A stretch of DNA of 64,000 nucleotides from Anolis carolinensis (Eukaryota): positions 277,249,749-277,313,748 of the forward strand of contig NC_085842.1 in the NCBI RefSeq assembly GCF_035594765.1. Direction: 5' to 3'. Positions 1-11,750 of this stretch are shown here, one piece after another. The position numbers and the translations under genes are program-made. The notes beneath the pieces were generated by a model. The model did no database searches, was not told where the DNA came from, and saw nothing but the letters and a program-made list of their open reading frames with translations. Each line of letters opens with the position of its first letter. Position 1 is the first letter of the stretch.

Positions 1-128
1 CAGGCTGGGAAAGCTTTTTGACCAGAGCCCACAAAAGAGAATATCTCTCCCACATTTTGAGTATGCTCTCAATATCTTCATTAATTTTCATTTTGATGCA
101 GTGCTTTTGCTGCTAAACATTTTTAGCA

Positions 129-134
129 TCTCTC

Positions 135-167
<33 letters not shown>
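129..167. repeat. (CT)n microsatellite
   Basis: interrupted tc dinucleotide run. Confidence 0.95.
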
Positions 168-2394
168 GACTACTTTATGAAGTGAAGCTGTATAAAATGT
201 ATTTCTCTTCTGCTCCTTTCCATACTGAGATGGAGTAGCATTTGGGAGCAACTGATAGCCAGGTTTGATTCACATTGGATGTTCGCCCACCCTTCCCGAT
301 CTTAGCCAAGAAATACAAGTGCATGCCATTTAACATTTAATCCTGGGGCACCCTTCCTGGGAGTCTACATTCCCAAGCAAGCCCAGCTTATTTACTCATA
401 TTCCATAGGTATGCCATTGTAGCTAGAGTTTTGTGCCTGGGACTGCATTATCCTAGTATGTCAGTGCTGTTGCTAAAGAAAATATTATTAAAAAGGGAAG
501 GGGTAGAACAAAGTATTACCTCATTGCTAGTATGGGGAGGAAGATGTAGCAGGAATTTCCCTTGGGGATATGGATGAGGTGCTCAAGATTCTCTTCTAAT
601 TGCTTGCCATGCATTTACTATTGCTGATTTATTTTGTGTCCCCCAACTGCTTTATGTACTTTATGTTGCCATTTAATGTAATACCTGCTAATTACTTGCT
701 TGTTCAAAACTGGGGCGAGGCAAAGATTTGGTATGATCTGCTTTTGACTCTTTGAACCCGCTTTTGCAGCCACTTAATTAAATGTTTCATATACTGCTTT
801 ATTCCCAGGGCTCAGAGTATCAGCAGGAATACTGAAATTGCCAGTTTAATTTTCCATTTGCTTTTCTTTCTTTAAACAAAAAGTATTGTAGCTAATAGAT
901 CAAAATTATGCAAATATATCAAAAGATCCAACTGAAGAATGGGGCACAGAGCTATGTATCGACTGAAAAAGTAGGAAGAGGGAAGGATTTCTGCTCTGTG
1001 CTTCTTGCTGTCAGCAGTATACTTCATATGAAAACTAAAAAGACTGTGTTGCTGGAGGCTATAGGAAGCTGTTCTTCCACTTTTTTTTTTTTTTGGAGGA
1101 AATGAGTATTTGGGAAGAGAAAGAACAGGAAAAGCTTCTCTGTAGAGCAGGAAGTGCTCCAACTGTTTGTTTGAAATGGAGAGCCAAATTCCAGGAGCCA
1201 GATTCTACTTTGGGTAAGGTCTCAGGTGGGTAATGAGCAGGTCTTCACAGGACATGCCAGAGTCAAAGCAGAGTGGATAAGCCTGATGCAAATTTCACCA
1301 ATTTGCTACACTGCAACAGCTTTCTGAGTTGTAAACTCTTCTGTTCCATGTGATTTTTTTTAGTCTGAGTTCATTTCAATACAAAAATTTCCTTGGCCTT
1401 CAAATAGCTCTTATAAGAGCTGAAGCATTTCTATGGGCAAGGTCAGGCCTGTTCATTTTAAAACAAAAAAGGATATTTGAAAAAGTGGGTTGGGGTCCAT
1501 GAAAGCATGTCCTGAAATACATTCATTATTCTGTAGGATGCTAAAACTTTTATTTATTATTTTATGCCTAAACAGGCTAACAACAGTAAGTGTTAGCTGC
1601 CCCAGACAAATTAGTTTTTGCTATCTGATTCAGGTATGGAGAAAACTGCAAATCAGAACACTGGTGGAAGAGAGAGCAAAGAGTAGCATTGAAAGTGTCT
1701 TTTTTTTCCAAACCCATACTGGAATCTATGAGTATCTTAGGGGAGAAAGGAGAAACAGCAGAGAAAATACTGTCCTTTTCTATCCACAAGATTATTTCCT
1801 GTTCCAGTGATATGGAAACAAAATAGCAGAATGTATATACACAAAAATGTGCAAGTGTGTGAAAAGACTATTGAAATTCCAGTTGTATCTTATTTGTAAA
1901 AAGCAATATTTTTTGGAATGCTAGAAGCTATCTGTCTATAAGCACTGTGAATACTTCTGTATAGGACTTCCCGCAGCACCCTCAAAATGCAATAAAACAG
2001 TGGCCATTTCATAGAGGCACTTGGGCAGGATTTATTAGCAGTGAAATATAGCAGGTGGCTTGGACCTGTCAAAAAGACATTGGTGTTATTCCTTATAAGG
2101 ATGAAGAAGGTGATGGTGGGACGGCCTGAAACTACATTCTTGAAAGGGCATTGGATTGTGAAAGGGGGCTGAATACTTTTGAAGGGCCGATGTCTAACCA
2201 GATTCTGATGCTGAGCTGGCTTCCATTAATATTGTTACCTTATTTCAAGGGTTTGCAGGGACTTATCAGTATGATTGTTCTTTCCTATTCTTCAGACAGA
2301 TTCTAGGAAGAAGGGAAGGAATCAGCATCTGGCAGAGTGTTCTAGTTTAGCAGGAAACATTAATGCTCTATTTATACAGCTGGCCCTGTAATGT

Positions 2395-2504
2395 GTTGTC
2401 GAAGACTTTCATGGCAGGAATCACTGAGTTGCTGTGAGTCTTTTGGCTATATGGCCATGTTCCTGGAGCATCACCATTCGGCCTGAAAAACTCTCAGCAA
2501 CCTA
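2395..2504. mobile_element. Penelope pseudo-LTR relic made of an inverted segment plus a short forward segment
   Basis: flanked by perfect 15-bp direct repeat ctggccctgtaatgt (2380-2394, 2505-2519); left part is reverse-complementary to the ggaacatggcca...caaca end of the Penelope at 28630-28670. Confidence 0.8.
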
Positions 2505-2655
2505 CTGGCCCTGTAATGTCCACAGCTGGTGGTCCAGATCAGGGACAGGGATTGTGCAGCCCTCCATATGTTGTTGAATAAAAACTCCCACCAACCTTCA
2601 CTTCTGGCTATACTTTCCAGGGCTCTGAGAGTTTCATTTATCCTGTGGTCTAGAG

Positions 2656-2790
2656 CAGCGGTTCCCAACCTTTGGTCCTACAGGTGTTTTGGACTTCAAC
2701 TTGCAAGAATCTCAGCCAGTTTTCCAGCTGTTAGGTATTATGGGAGCTGAAGTCCAAAACTACTGGAGGACCAAAGGTTGGGAGCCACTG
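2656..2790. mobile_element. hAT-type MITE
   Basis: TIR cagcggttcccaacct / aggttgggagccactg; 8-bp TSD gtctagag. Confidence 0.9.
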
Positions 2791-5074
2791 GTCTAGAGTG
2801 CAACACAACTCTCTCCCCTCCCCTTTGATGTAGAGTAAACTATTTTTTGGGAACCACATTCAGCAGGGGCAGGGTGATAACTTGAAAACCCACTCATAGT
2901 TTGATGAAGCAAAGCCTCCTGCTTTGAGGACCAAGATATGAGCAGAGAGAATGTAGAAGAGTTGTTAATAACTACCAAAAAAGCTGAATAGGTACCTGTA
3001 TTTGCAAATGTGCAAATACTGAGATATCTTGAAAATGGGACCCAAGTGGATAATTTTAGATTTTGTAATATTTTGGAATTCCAAATAAGGCATGCTCAAC
3101 CTGTATTAGAGTCTGCAAGCATGGCAACTGTAGGGCATATGCAATCTGTATATTTCATGGAAAATAGCAACGTGCTTAAGCCATTTTAACTTTTTAAGAA
3201 TTGTTACTTAGGGACACCAAAATATCAAAACCTGAGCTAATGGATTGAATCCAATGCTATGCTGGCAGTTTGGATTGTTCTACTTCTTTCCTCCTACTTT
3301 CAGCCCTTTCTATTTTCTGAAAACCAAAAAGCCCTTCAGATGGAATTTTAGAAGTGCAATGGAGATTTTGGGAGTGACCCCTGCGTTGATATCCTGTCCA
3401 TAGTAGCTTATATTAGATAGTATTTCTTTTGCAATGTTTTTGTTCATAACAAAAATTATTATTGCTCTTTTTCAAAGCTTCTATATCATAAATTGGTGAT
3501 GATAAAACAGTTATTGCCCTCCAAGTCTGTCTTTCAGAATAAATCGAGGAAACATTTTCTGTGTTGCTTCTCAGAGGGGAATGACTGATTAGAATAGAAT
3601 TAAGCTTGGAGACAGAGCGGGGATTTTAGAAAGTTGCTGTGCGAATCCCAGGGAGAACTTCATAGTCCTAGATAATTAGTTTTATAGGGAATATATTGTT
3701 CAATTAAAATAGAATTACATACATTTTGTATATTTTAAAACTGTTTCAATCTATTTCTCCTCTGTCAGTTTTGTGAAACAGATTATAAAAGCGTTTCAGT
3801 TGTAAAAAATATAATTTACTATACCTAGTCAGGAGGTATGAAGAGTGTATACAAATTAAACTAGTTGCATATGTTAAAACATTTATCAGTAGAATATCTG
3901 GTGTTAAAGTAGGAGTATGATTTAAGAGTCTGATGGGGAGTTTTTAACACTACTGTATATAGAGTAGTATGTAGTAAGTACAGCGATGGGCTGATCAAAG
4001 TGGTAATGTGAGGTTTTTATATGCAATTAGACTATTTCATAACCCACCCAAATGGTGTATATTCTTTTTAGAGGATTTTGTTTTGGTTTTATTGACTTCT
4101 TGGTTTTCTTCCCTTTTAAAAAAAGCTGAATGTAACTCTCTAGATAATGTACAATTTGAATATTTGAGAGACGAAAAGAAACCTCCCAGGCACTGATACT
4201 GTATCACTGCACTCTTGCGGTCTAATTTTATCACCTCCAGCATCAATTCTATGATACTGTGAACAAGCTCATATTTCCACTAGGGCTATCCATGTATCTT
4301 TTTTTATAAAATTCTGCTTCCCTCCTTGCTCTGTAATTTTACAGTTGTGGAGCTCCAGGGCTGCAGAGCTATAGTGCCCCAAAGTATAATGTTATAAGGT
4401 TCTCTAGAGTGACCCGGGTAACTGACAGCAGCGTTATGCACAATAAATTTCCAATGCAAAAATAACATCCATGCAGGAAACTGCATCAGTATTGGTTGCC
4501 ACTGGTTACCATATGTGTGGACACATGCATATGCTCACTCATCATAAACTGCTGTCAGATTTTATGACCTGGGGCCCTTTCACACTTGTGTTTCTGCTGT
4601 ATCCTATAGACTACTGGGATTTGTAGTTTGGTGTGATCCTGGAACTCTCTGACTATCCCTTCCTGAACTGCAAGTCCCAGGATTCCATAAGATATTACCA
4701 TGGCAATTTAAATTAAATCATCGTGTAAAAGGACTACTGAGTAAAGCATCTCTAATTATCAATTCAATTCTGTAAGATATCAACTTGCTAAGGAGGAGCA
4801 GCCAAGGACTTGGGGACTAGCATCAATCTCTGAACCATCACTTTGAGTAGCACTACTCAGGATTTTCCACTGAACTACACTCCCAAATGAAGCATTTTTT
4901 GCATGTGGTCAAATGTTTCTCTGATAGGCATTCGGTAACTCCACGTAAATTTAAAATATGTGTGTTTGTAAGTGTATTTCATGAGCTATGGATTGAAATA
5001 TGTATTGTAAATATAAAGTATCATGCACAGTTGAAGCTATGAAGCATTTTTATGTCATTACAGTACAGCTAGAA

Positions 5075-5188
5075 CAGGCCTGGGCAAACATTGACCCTCC
5101 AGGTGTTTTGGACTTCAACTCCCACAATTCCTAATAGCTGATAGTTGAAGTCCAAAATACCTGGAAGGCTGAAGTTTGCCCATGCCTG
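5075..5188. mobile_element. hAT-type MITE
   Basis: TIR caggcctgggcaaac / gtttgcccatgcctg; 8-bp TSD agctagaa. Confidence 0.9.
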
Positions 5189-5419
5189 AGCTAGAACCAA
5201 GGGTAGTTCCAACCCAGTCATGTTATTGGGGCTCTGTTGCATGCTAATACATTAATTCATCACATAATTATGGAACCCTTATAGGTGGGTTGCCAGGTCA
5301 AACCAAGACCAAGAAGTATTAGGGTGACTGTGTCATTATACCAAGATGGCTCCATTTAAGGTAAAGGTTTAGTGAAAAATATGGAGAAAGAAAATACATC
5401 AGGATATTGTAGTAAAATA

Positions 5420-5578
5420 NNNNNNNNNNNNNNNNNNNNNNNNNNNNNNNNNNNNNNNNNNNNNNNNNNNNNNNNNNNNNNNNNNNNNNNNNNNNNNNNN
5501 NNNNNNNNNNNNNNNNNNNNNNNNNNNNNNNNNNNNNNNNNNNNNNNNNNNNNNNNNNNNNNNNNNNNNNNNNNNNNN
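5420..5578. other. assembly gap (159 N)
   Basis: run of n; abuts the 3' tail of an L2 fragment. Confidence 1.
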
Positions 5579-6362
5579 CCCGAAGGAACTAGGGGCGGCT
5601 TACATGGGGACAGAGCCCTAAAACAATAGTTTAATATACAATTAAAACTATACAAATTACAGGATTAAAATGAGTAACAAAACAATTATTTAAAACATCT
5701 TAATGAACACACAACATATCAATTACAAAATAAAAGTGGGACTATTCAGGTTGCATGGGAAGGGCAGGCTTGTGCAGCCATGGATAGTAGAACCAGAGTG
5801 AAATAAAGTGCTGGGAACCATACAGGAGCAATTTAGGGCTGTGAGGTGAAAGTGCAAGCTGGTTTATTCAAATCACATTGAAACAACCATGTTTTCAAGT
5901 CTTTGTGGAATATGGCCAGGGTGGGAGCTACTCTGATCTAACTGGGGAGAGTTCCAGAGCTGGGAGGCCAACCACCAAGAAGGCCCTCTACCTTGTCCTC
6001 TCACCAGCTGTGTTTGTGACGATGGTGGAAGTGAGAGGAGAGCCTCCCCGGAAGAGCCTGCACTGGTTTGTAGGGAGATATACGATCACGAAGATAGGCA
6101 GGACTTGAACCGTTTAGGGCTTTGTAGGTCATGACCTGCACTTTGAACTGGGACCACAAACTTAATGGCAGCCAGTGGAGTTGATTCATGAGAAGTGTAA
6201 CTAGCTCCCTGTAACTAGCTCCTGTTAACAAGCTGGTTGCCGACCTTCGCACCTATTACATTTTCTGGGCTATCTTCAAAGGCAGCCCCACGTAGAGTGC
6301 ATTGCAGTGGCCCAATCTTGATGCAACCAATGCATGGACCACCATGGCTAAGCCAAACTTCT
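5579..6362 (-). mobile_element. L2 LINE 3' fragment
   Basis: minus-strand LHWLP...FKVQVMTYKALNGSSPAYLRDRISPY, homologous to the ORF2 C-terminus at 29549-30043. Confidence 0.88.
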
Positions 6363-7572
6363 CTACTACATAAATACTGGTTGTGTTAAGACAGAACAAT
6401 TTACTGTAACAAAAGGGGTTGTTCAGTCAGATTTCAAAATTATTCTTTCCCTACCAGCTAGCACAGACCTTATGAATACCAATTTGGTAATGAAATGTTG
6501 CTTGTTGCAGAGTTCAGAATAACATTTAAGTAAATACTTGTATTAATTTCCATATCCAAGCACACCTACAGTTTCATGGGAGAGAAAGCAATACTCAAAA
6601 ATACTGAGAGGTCATGTCCTAGAGAGATTCATTTCAAAACAATTCATATGACTAATATGAAAGTTTTGTGTGTTCTTTGTATAGTAATTAACCAAAGAAG
6701 ATACCATACAGTGGGATTTCAGATGTTTGAGGTATCTGAGCTTTAGTGCAGTGTATCTTTGGACCGAACAAATTCAGTATTGTATAGTTTTGAGAAATGC
6801 GTTTAGCATAGCTGCATAAAGAACCATCTGAATTTGTGGCAATGACATGAACACATCTTTTGAGTCAAATACTTTGTTAAAGCTCTACTTGTAAGTGGCA
6901 TGTGGAATTGTTTTAGTTCTGTTTTATTATTAAATGAATATTTGAGAACATACGTTGAAATGTCAAGTAAGCTGGTGTAGAAATTTACTCTACCATCAAA
7001 ACAGTAACTGTTTGAAAGGTGATATTCTTAAATTGTCATGCACTTAGAACACAAAGGAATAACTGTCTGCCTGTTAACTGCTAGAATACCAAGTGACTAA
7101 AGTTATTTGCAGCTGTTGACTGAAACAATAACTTGTTAGTTTTAATATTCTGACTTACCATTAATGCACCCTCTCACATTATTCCTCATGTGTTTAAAAG
7201 CTAGTACATTAAAAGTTTCCCTAGGTCATTCAGATGCTGTTTCTCATCTAAATAACTCAGTAAGTCAGTTCAGGGGAGCATAATAATCTTTCCATTAAGC
7301 TAAGTGATAAGGTGCTATAAAGAGAGTCTGGACATATGTAATTGGAAGCAACTTCCATTAATTTCAACTGCAATATCAAAGTACACTTTCAGACCTGGAA
7401 GACTTTGACTGAGGTATACTGTATATATTTCACCACCTGAATGAATGTATTTCTGTCTTCAAGAGAGTAGCTTTTTAATTTTATCTACACTATATATTTT
7501 TTCTTTTGAAATGAAGTGTTTAGTTCCATTAATAAGGTGGGAAACCTTTAGCTAATGATGTAGATTTTTTTC

Positions 7573-7682
7573 TCCATATGCCTCACAACCTCTGAGGATG
7601 CCTGCCATAGATGTGGGTGAAACGTCAAGAGAGAATACTTCTGGAACATGGCCACACAGCCCAGAAAACTCACAACAACCCT
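7573..7682 (+). mobile_element. solo partial Penelope pseudo-LTR
   Basis: close match to 28563-28670; flanking repeat atgtagattttt (7558-7569, 7684-7695). Confidence 0.88.
7589..7629 (+). ncRNA. minimal type I hammerhead ribozyme motif with weakened helix I
   Basis: CTGAGGA (7592-7598), stem gcctgc/gtgggt, GAAA (7619-7622), CGTC; helix I cct/aag has a mismatch. Confidence 0.7.
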
Positions 7683-8254
7683 AATGTAGATTTTTGGTTA
7701 TTTGATTCTCATTCAGTGGAATAAAACACTTAAGAGGGTTTTCTTCCCTCTAGATGAAATTATGAGGAGGGTTTGCATCTTTTGGATGGTATTTCCAATG
7801 TCTAGACTTTTTGTTAAACAAATGTACCAACATGTATTATACACAAATCTAACATAATTTACATAAAATGTTGTATTTTACAAGTATATGATGGCTGTGG
7901 CAAACAAAAGGTTACTAAAAATTTCCAAAACACAAATTCTCCTATAATATTTTGAGACACTTGTTTCATTTATGATGAGAAATTTGCAAATATTCAGTAC
8001 ATCCCTACCATAGTCCCCTCTCTAAATTTAATGTCAAGTAAGTGATGTAAAGCCAGAGGAAAAGTATAACTAGGAGTACTAAGAACCAGAAATATCATTT
8101 CGCAGACCATCAGTTGAGACTTTGGGCAAAGCCTATCTATCCTTCCCTAGCAGCACACTAGGAAGAAAGGAGGAGTAAAGGCAAAACAGTAAGATAGCAG
8201 AAAGGACGAAGGTTGAAGAAAGAAAACAGCATAAGCCAAGAGTATGTATACTCT

Positions 8255-8466
8255 TAGAGCCCTTCCACACAGCCATATCACCCAGAATATCAAGACATAT
8301 AATCCACAATATCTGCTTTGAACTGGGTTATCTGAGGCCCCTTCCGGACAGATGTATATAATCCACATTGAACTGGATTATATGGCAGTGTGGACTCAGT
8401 TCAAAGCAAATATTGTGGATTATCTTCCTTGATATTCTGGGTTAAATGGCTGTGTGGAAAGCTCTG
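8255..8466. mobile_element. long palindromic MITE (possibly PIF/Harbinger-type)
   Basis: arms cttccacacagccat...cccagaatatcaag...ccacaatat and their reverse complement; related copy at 44784-44931. Confidence 0.75.
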
Positions 8467-10077
8467 AGTCTATGAGAGCCTATGCTACCAACTTTATTCT
8501 CTTAGGGGAGAATGATGTGTGTGTGTGTGGTGCGGGGTATAAATAAAGACAATAAATAAATAAATGGCAGAGTTCCCCCTTCCCATTAATTACTGTAGAA
8601 ATTCCCGTTAGGAATCTGTTCTGATCACCTCAGTAGTGGGAGGAAGAACTGTGGCCAATGGATGAAGAGTAGTATGGTAGTAGGAATGCCTACTAAGCAA
8701 CTACTATAGTGAGAGTATTTATACAATGTCATGATAGCTTCAGATCCTATTATATGATATACAGCTAAATTATGGTCCTGGTTAACCCAATGACATATGT
8801 CTCATATTTCTAGTCTGCTAGCATTTGCTTTCAGCTTCTGATTCATTGAAACTTTCCTACTACATTTTTTCATGCAGTGTAATCCACACTGTCTGCATTG
8901 TGGGGAGAAGTGTTTGAAAGAGATTATCATCATTATGTGAATATTTACAGATTTTTCTGTTAGATACACTGTTTTCACTTCTGTCTGACTTTTACCAATA
9001 TGAAAGTTATTACAGTGGCATGAATTTTTCATCAGTAATTCGTGGACTGTTAATGTGATGCTTGTATCTACAGACTTTGGGGCTTGCATTGTGAAATTGT
9101 CAGTATTTTCAAAGCAAGTCACTGTGCTTTCATCTCTAACGTCTATAAAATGATGTGAAATGTCACTACAAGATTATAAGTGGGAAATGGAAAAGGGAAA
9201 ATTCAAAATTTAAATTAAAACAAGAAATTCTGCAAAACATTTCGGCTCTGAGCAAGCAGGCTTCATTGGTGCTGACAAACATGCCGGGATAAACATGCTT
9301 TGATTGGATAATAACATTTCTGCAGTTCTTCATGTGGCACTTATCCAGTTAGAGTGTAGATTCAAATAAGGATTGGATGGGAGAAGTACATTGAATGAAT
9401 CATCTAATTAGAAATGGTACTAAATCTTTGCATTTAACCCTGAGATAAACTCAGCTGCAAAACACAAAGTAGAAGAAAATAAGGTTAATTCAACTGTGAA
9501 AGTTTTGTGCATAGTGGCAAATAAATGCAGATTTTACTGCATTATCATGTAGGATTTAGTGAATCAGCATTGATATCAAATATCACACAGAGGATTTCTG
9601 TTGTGGTGGGTGGGTTCTGACTGCCATAACATAAGAACAAGAAGAAGATGCTTTTGGCATCGAATGTTGCTTAAGAAAACCCAAGCAAATCAAACCCGGG
9701 AACTGAGGTTGGGGTCTTCGTGTGATTTGCTTCTTTTGATGTAACCAATTAAGAATTTATAATTTAGATGGGACAGAAAAAATATTGCCAGGACAGTTGT
9801 GTATTCTTGAATCATTCACAAACTAGATAATTATGTTCATAGAAAATTCTAAAATCTTCACCAGGAAATCTCCGCTTGCTTTAAAAAAAATCTCCGTTCT
9901 TGTGATACTTTCATTGGTTGGTCAGGGGTGACTGAGTAGATATGGCTCACTCAGCAGAGTTTCATGGAAATCTTGGAACCAGTTATAATGTGTCACTAAT
10001 TTAAGTAGACATTTTTGCCCCAAAGGAGTTGTATCCATTCAACCCTACAGGCCTATGCACAAAACAGGCGGTCAATG

Positions 10078-10180
10078 TTTATTTATTTATTTCATTTATA
10101 TACCGCTTTTCTCACCCCTGGGGGGACTCAAAGCAGTTCACATCAAATAAAAAGCAAAAATTCAATGCCTCACATATGAT
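10078..10180 (-). mobile_element. L2-type 3' tail fragment
   Basis: (ttta)n followed by ccgcttttctcacccctgggggggactca, the reverse of the tails at 22250 and 36510. Confidence 0.7.
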
Positions 10181-10198
10181 AAAAACAGTATTATCTAC

Positions 10199-10432
10199 TA
10201 CAGGAAAGGAGATTCCACCTGAACTTCAGGAAGAACTTCCTCACTGTGAGAGCTGTTCGGCAGTGGAACTCTCTTCCCCGGACTGTGGTGGAGGCTCCTT
10301 CTTTGGAGGCTTTTGAGCAGAGGCTGGATGGACATCTGTCAGGAGTGCTTTGAATGCGATTTCCTGCTTCTTGGCAGGGGTTGGACTGGATGGCCCACGA
10401 GGTCTCTTCCAACTCTATGATTCTATTATTCT
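10199..10432 (+). mobile_element. CR1 LINE 3' end
   Basis: aggaagaacttcctcactgtgagagctgtt...ggttggact...ccaactctatgattct CR1 terminal octamer repeat. Confidence 0.92.
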
Positions 10433-10658
10433 AGATTCAAAATAAGAATATGTACTGCATGATATAACAGAACATGCACCCGTATGTGACTCATTTACAA
10501 TATTCATGAACTTAGTTGCATAGAAGATGGAATTTTAACAGGTCCAGTTCATATAACCAGCTCCAGCTACTATAATTCTTCTTTGTATGCAAGTACCTAG
10601 TGTGTAGGAGCCTTCTCTATAGTATCTAGACATCATACCTAGGCTAGCTTCCCAACTA

Positions 10659-10830
10659 AGCTCCGGTGGGAAGGTAACAGTGCTCCATGCAGTCATTCCG
10701 GCCACATGACCTTGGAGATGTTTACAGAAAATGCCACCTCTTCAGCTTAGAAATGAAGATGGGCACCACTCCCCAGAGTCAAACACGACTAGACTTAGTG
10801 TCAAGGGGAAACCTTTACCTTTACCTTACT
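10659..10830 (+). mobile_element. 5'-truncated Sauria SINE
   Basis: matches the 3' half of the copies at 37781 and 46361; (accttt)n tail; long flanking direct repeat. Confidence 0.9.
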
Positions 10831-10959
10831 TAATATGTAGGAGCCTTGTTCTCTATAGTATCTAGACATCATACCTAGGCTAGTTATGATATTTGATCAA
10901 TTCAGAACATATAGTGAATATATAGTTCATAATTATCCATTTGCTAGGGCTAGGGGCAC

Positions 10960-11165
10960 AGGATCCTTGAAAAAATTGGGAAACTATTAATAAAACACAC
11001 TACTTTTTCCTGAGAGAACATTTCTCCAGGAATACTTCAGTGTGATCTATGTTCAAGACACTGACCATACAGTCACAGTGAACAACCTAGAGATTCCTAG
11101 AGAGAGACCATATTAATCTAGACCATGAACAATCAAATACACTAAAATCAAACCTGCAACTATTG
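10960..11165. mobile_element. old non-autonomous DNA-transposon-like repeat (related copies about 13355-13665, 15645-15870, 43760-44090)
   Basis: shared motifs ctagagattcctagagag and tgagagaacattt-like across four loci; boundaries approximate. Confidence 0.55.
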
Positions 11166-11548
11166 TACCAAGAACTAAAGTTGTTTCTACATAAAGTGTT
11201 TAGTCACTTTATATACAGAACTTCTTCTTACCTGATATGATGAGACAGCTCAAAATATTGTTCATTAATGGAAAAGAAAAAGTACTAATTGAACACATAT
11301 TGTCACTCATCTAGGTGGGTTTCTTTCTTTGAGTAGTAAGAATTTTTTAAAAAGAATTCTAGATGGGTTTCTTTTAAAAATACACTTTAATTCCAACAAA
11401 CAAAAATAAATATTCCAACTTGAAGTATGTTTTGTACACCATGGATAACGTTAGGTGTTTTGCTGAATAATCTCTCAGTGCGTTTTTAACTGTTTGGATT
11501 CTGCAAATGGCCAGATCATGTCTTAAAATACTGACAAGTAAGAAAGGA

Positions 11549-11750
11549 AGAGAGCCAGTGTGGCATAGAGGTTTAAGGTGTTGGGCACGGACTCTGGAGA
11601 CCAGGCTCAAATTTCCACTTAGCTGTGGAAGCCCATTGACCTTAGGCAAGTCTCATGCTCTCAGCTTCAGAGGAAGGTAAGCGCAAACCTCCTCTGAAAA
11701 AAATCTTGCCAAGAAAACCTCATGATAGGTTCACCTTCAGTTTGCCATAA
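11549..11750 (+). mobile_element. older tRNA-derived squamate SINE (Squam3-like)
   Basis: agagccagtgtggcatagaggtt A-box-like head, ggctcaaatttcc B-box-like, gaccttaggcaagtc core; related pieces at 16292-16362 and 46318-46850. Confidence 0.75.

Noticed and set aside
5356-5655. ORFs spanning the N run
   Set aside because: Artefacts of the assembly gap
11549-11620. tRNA gene
   Set aside because: A/B-box-like head continues into a SINE body with no complete cloverleaf; the same holds for the other SINE heads
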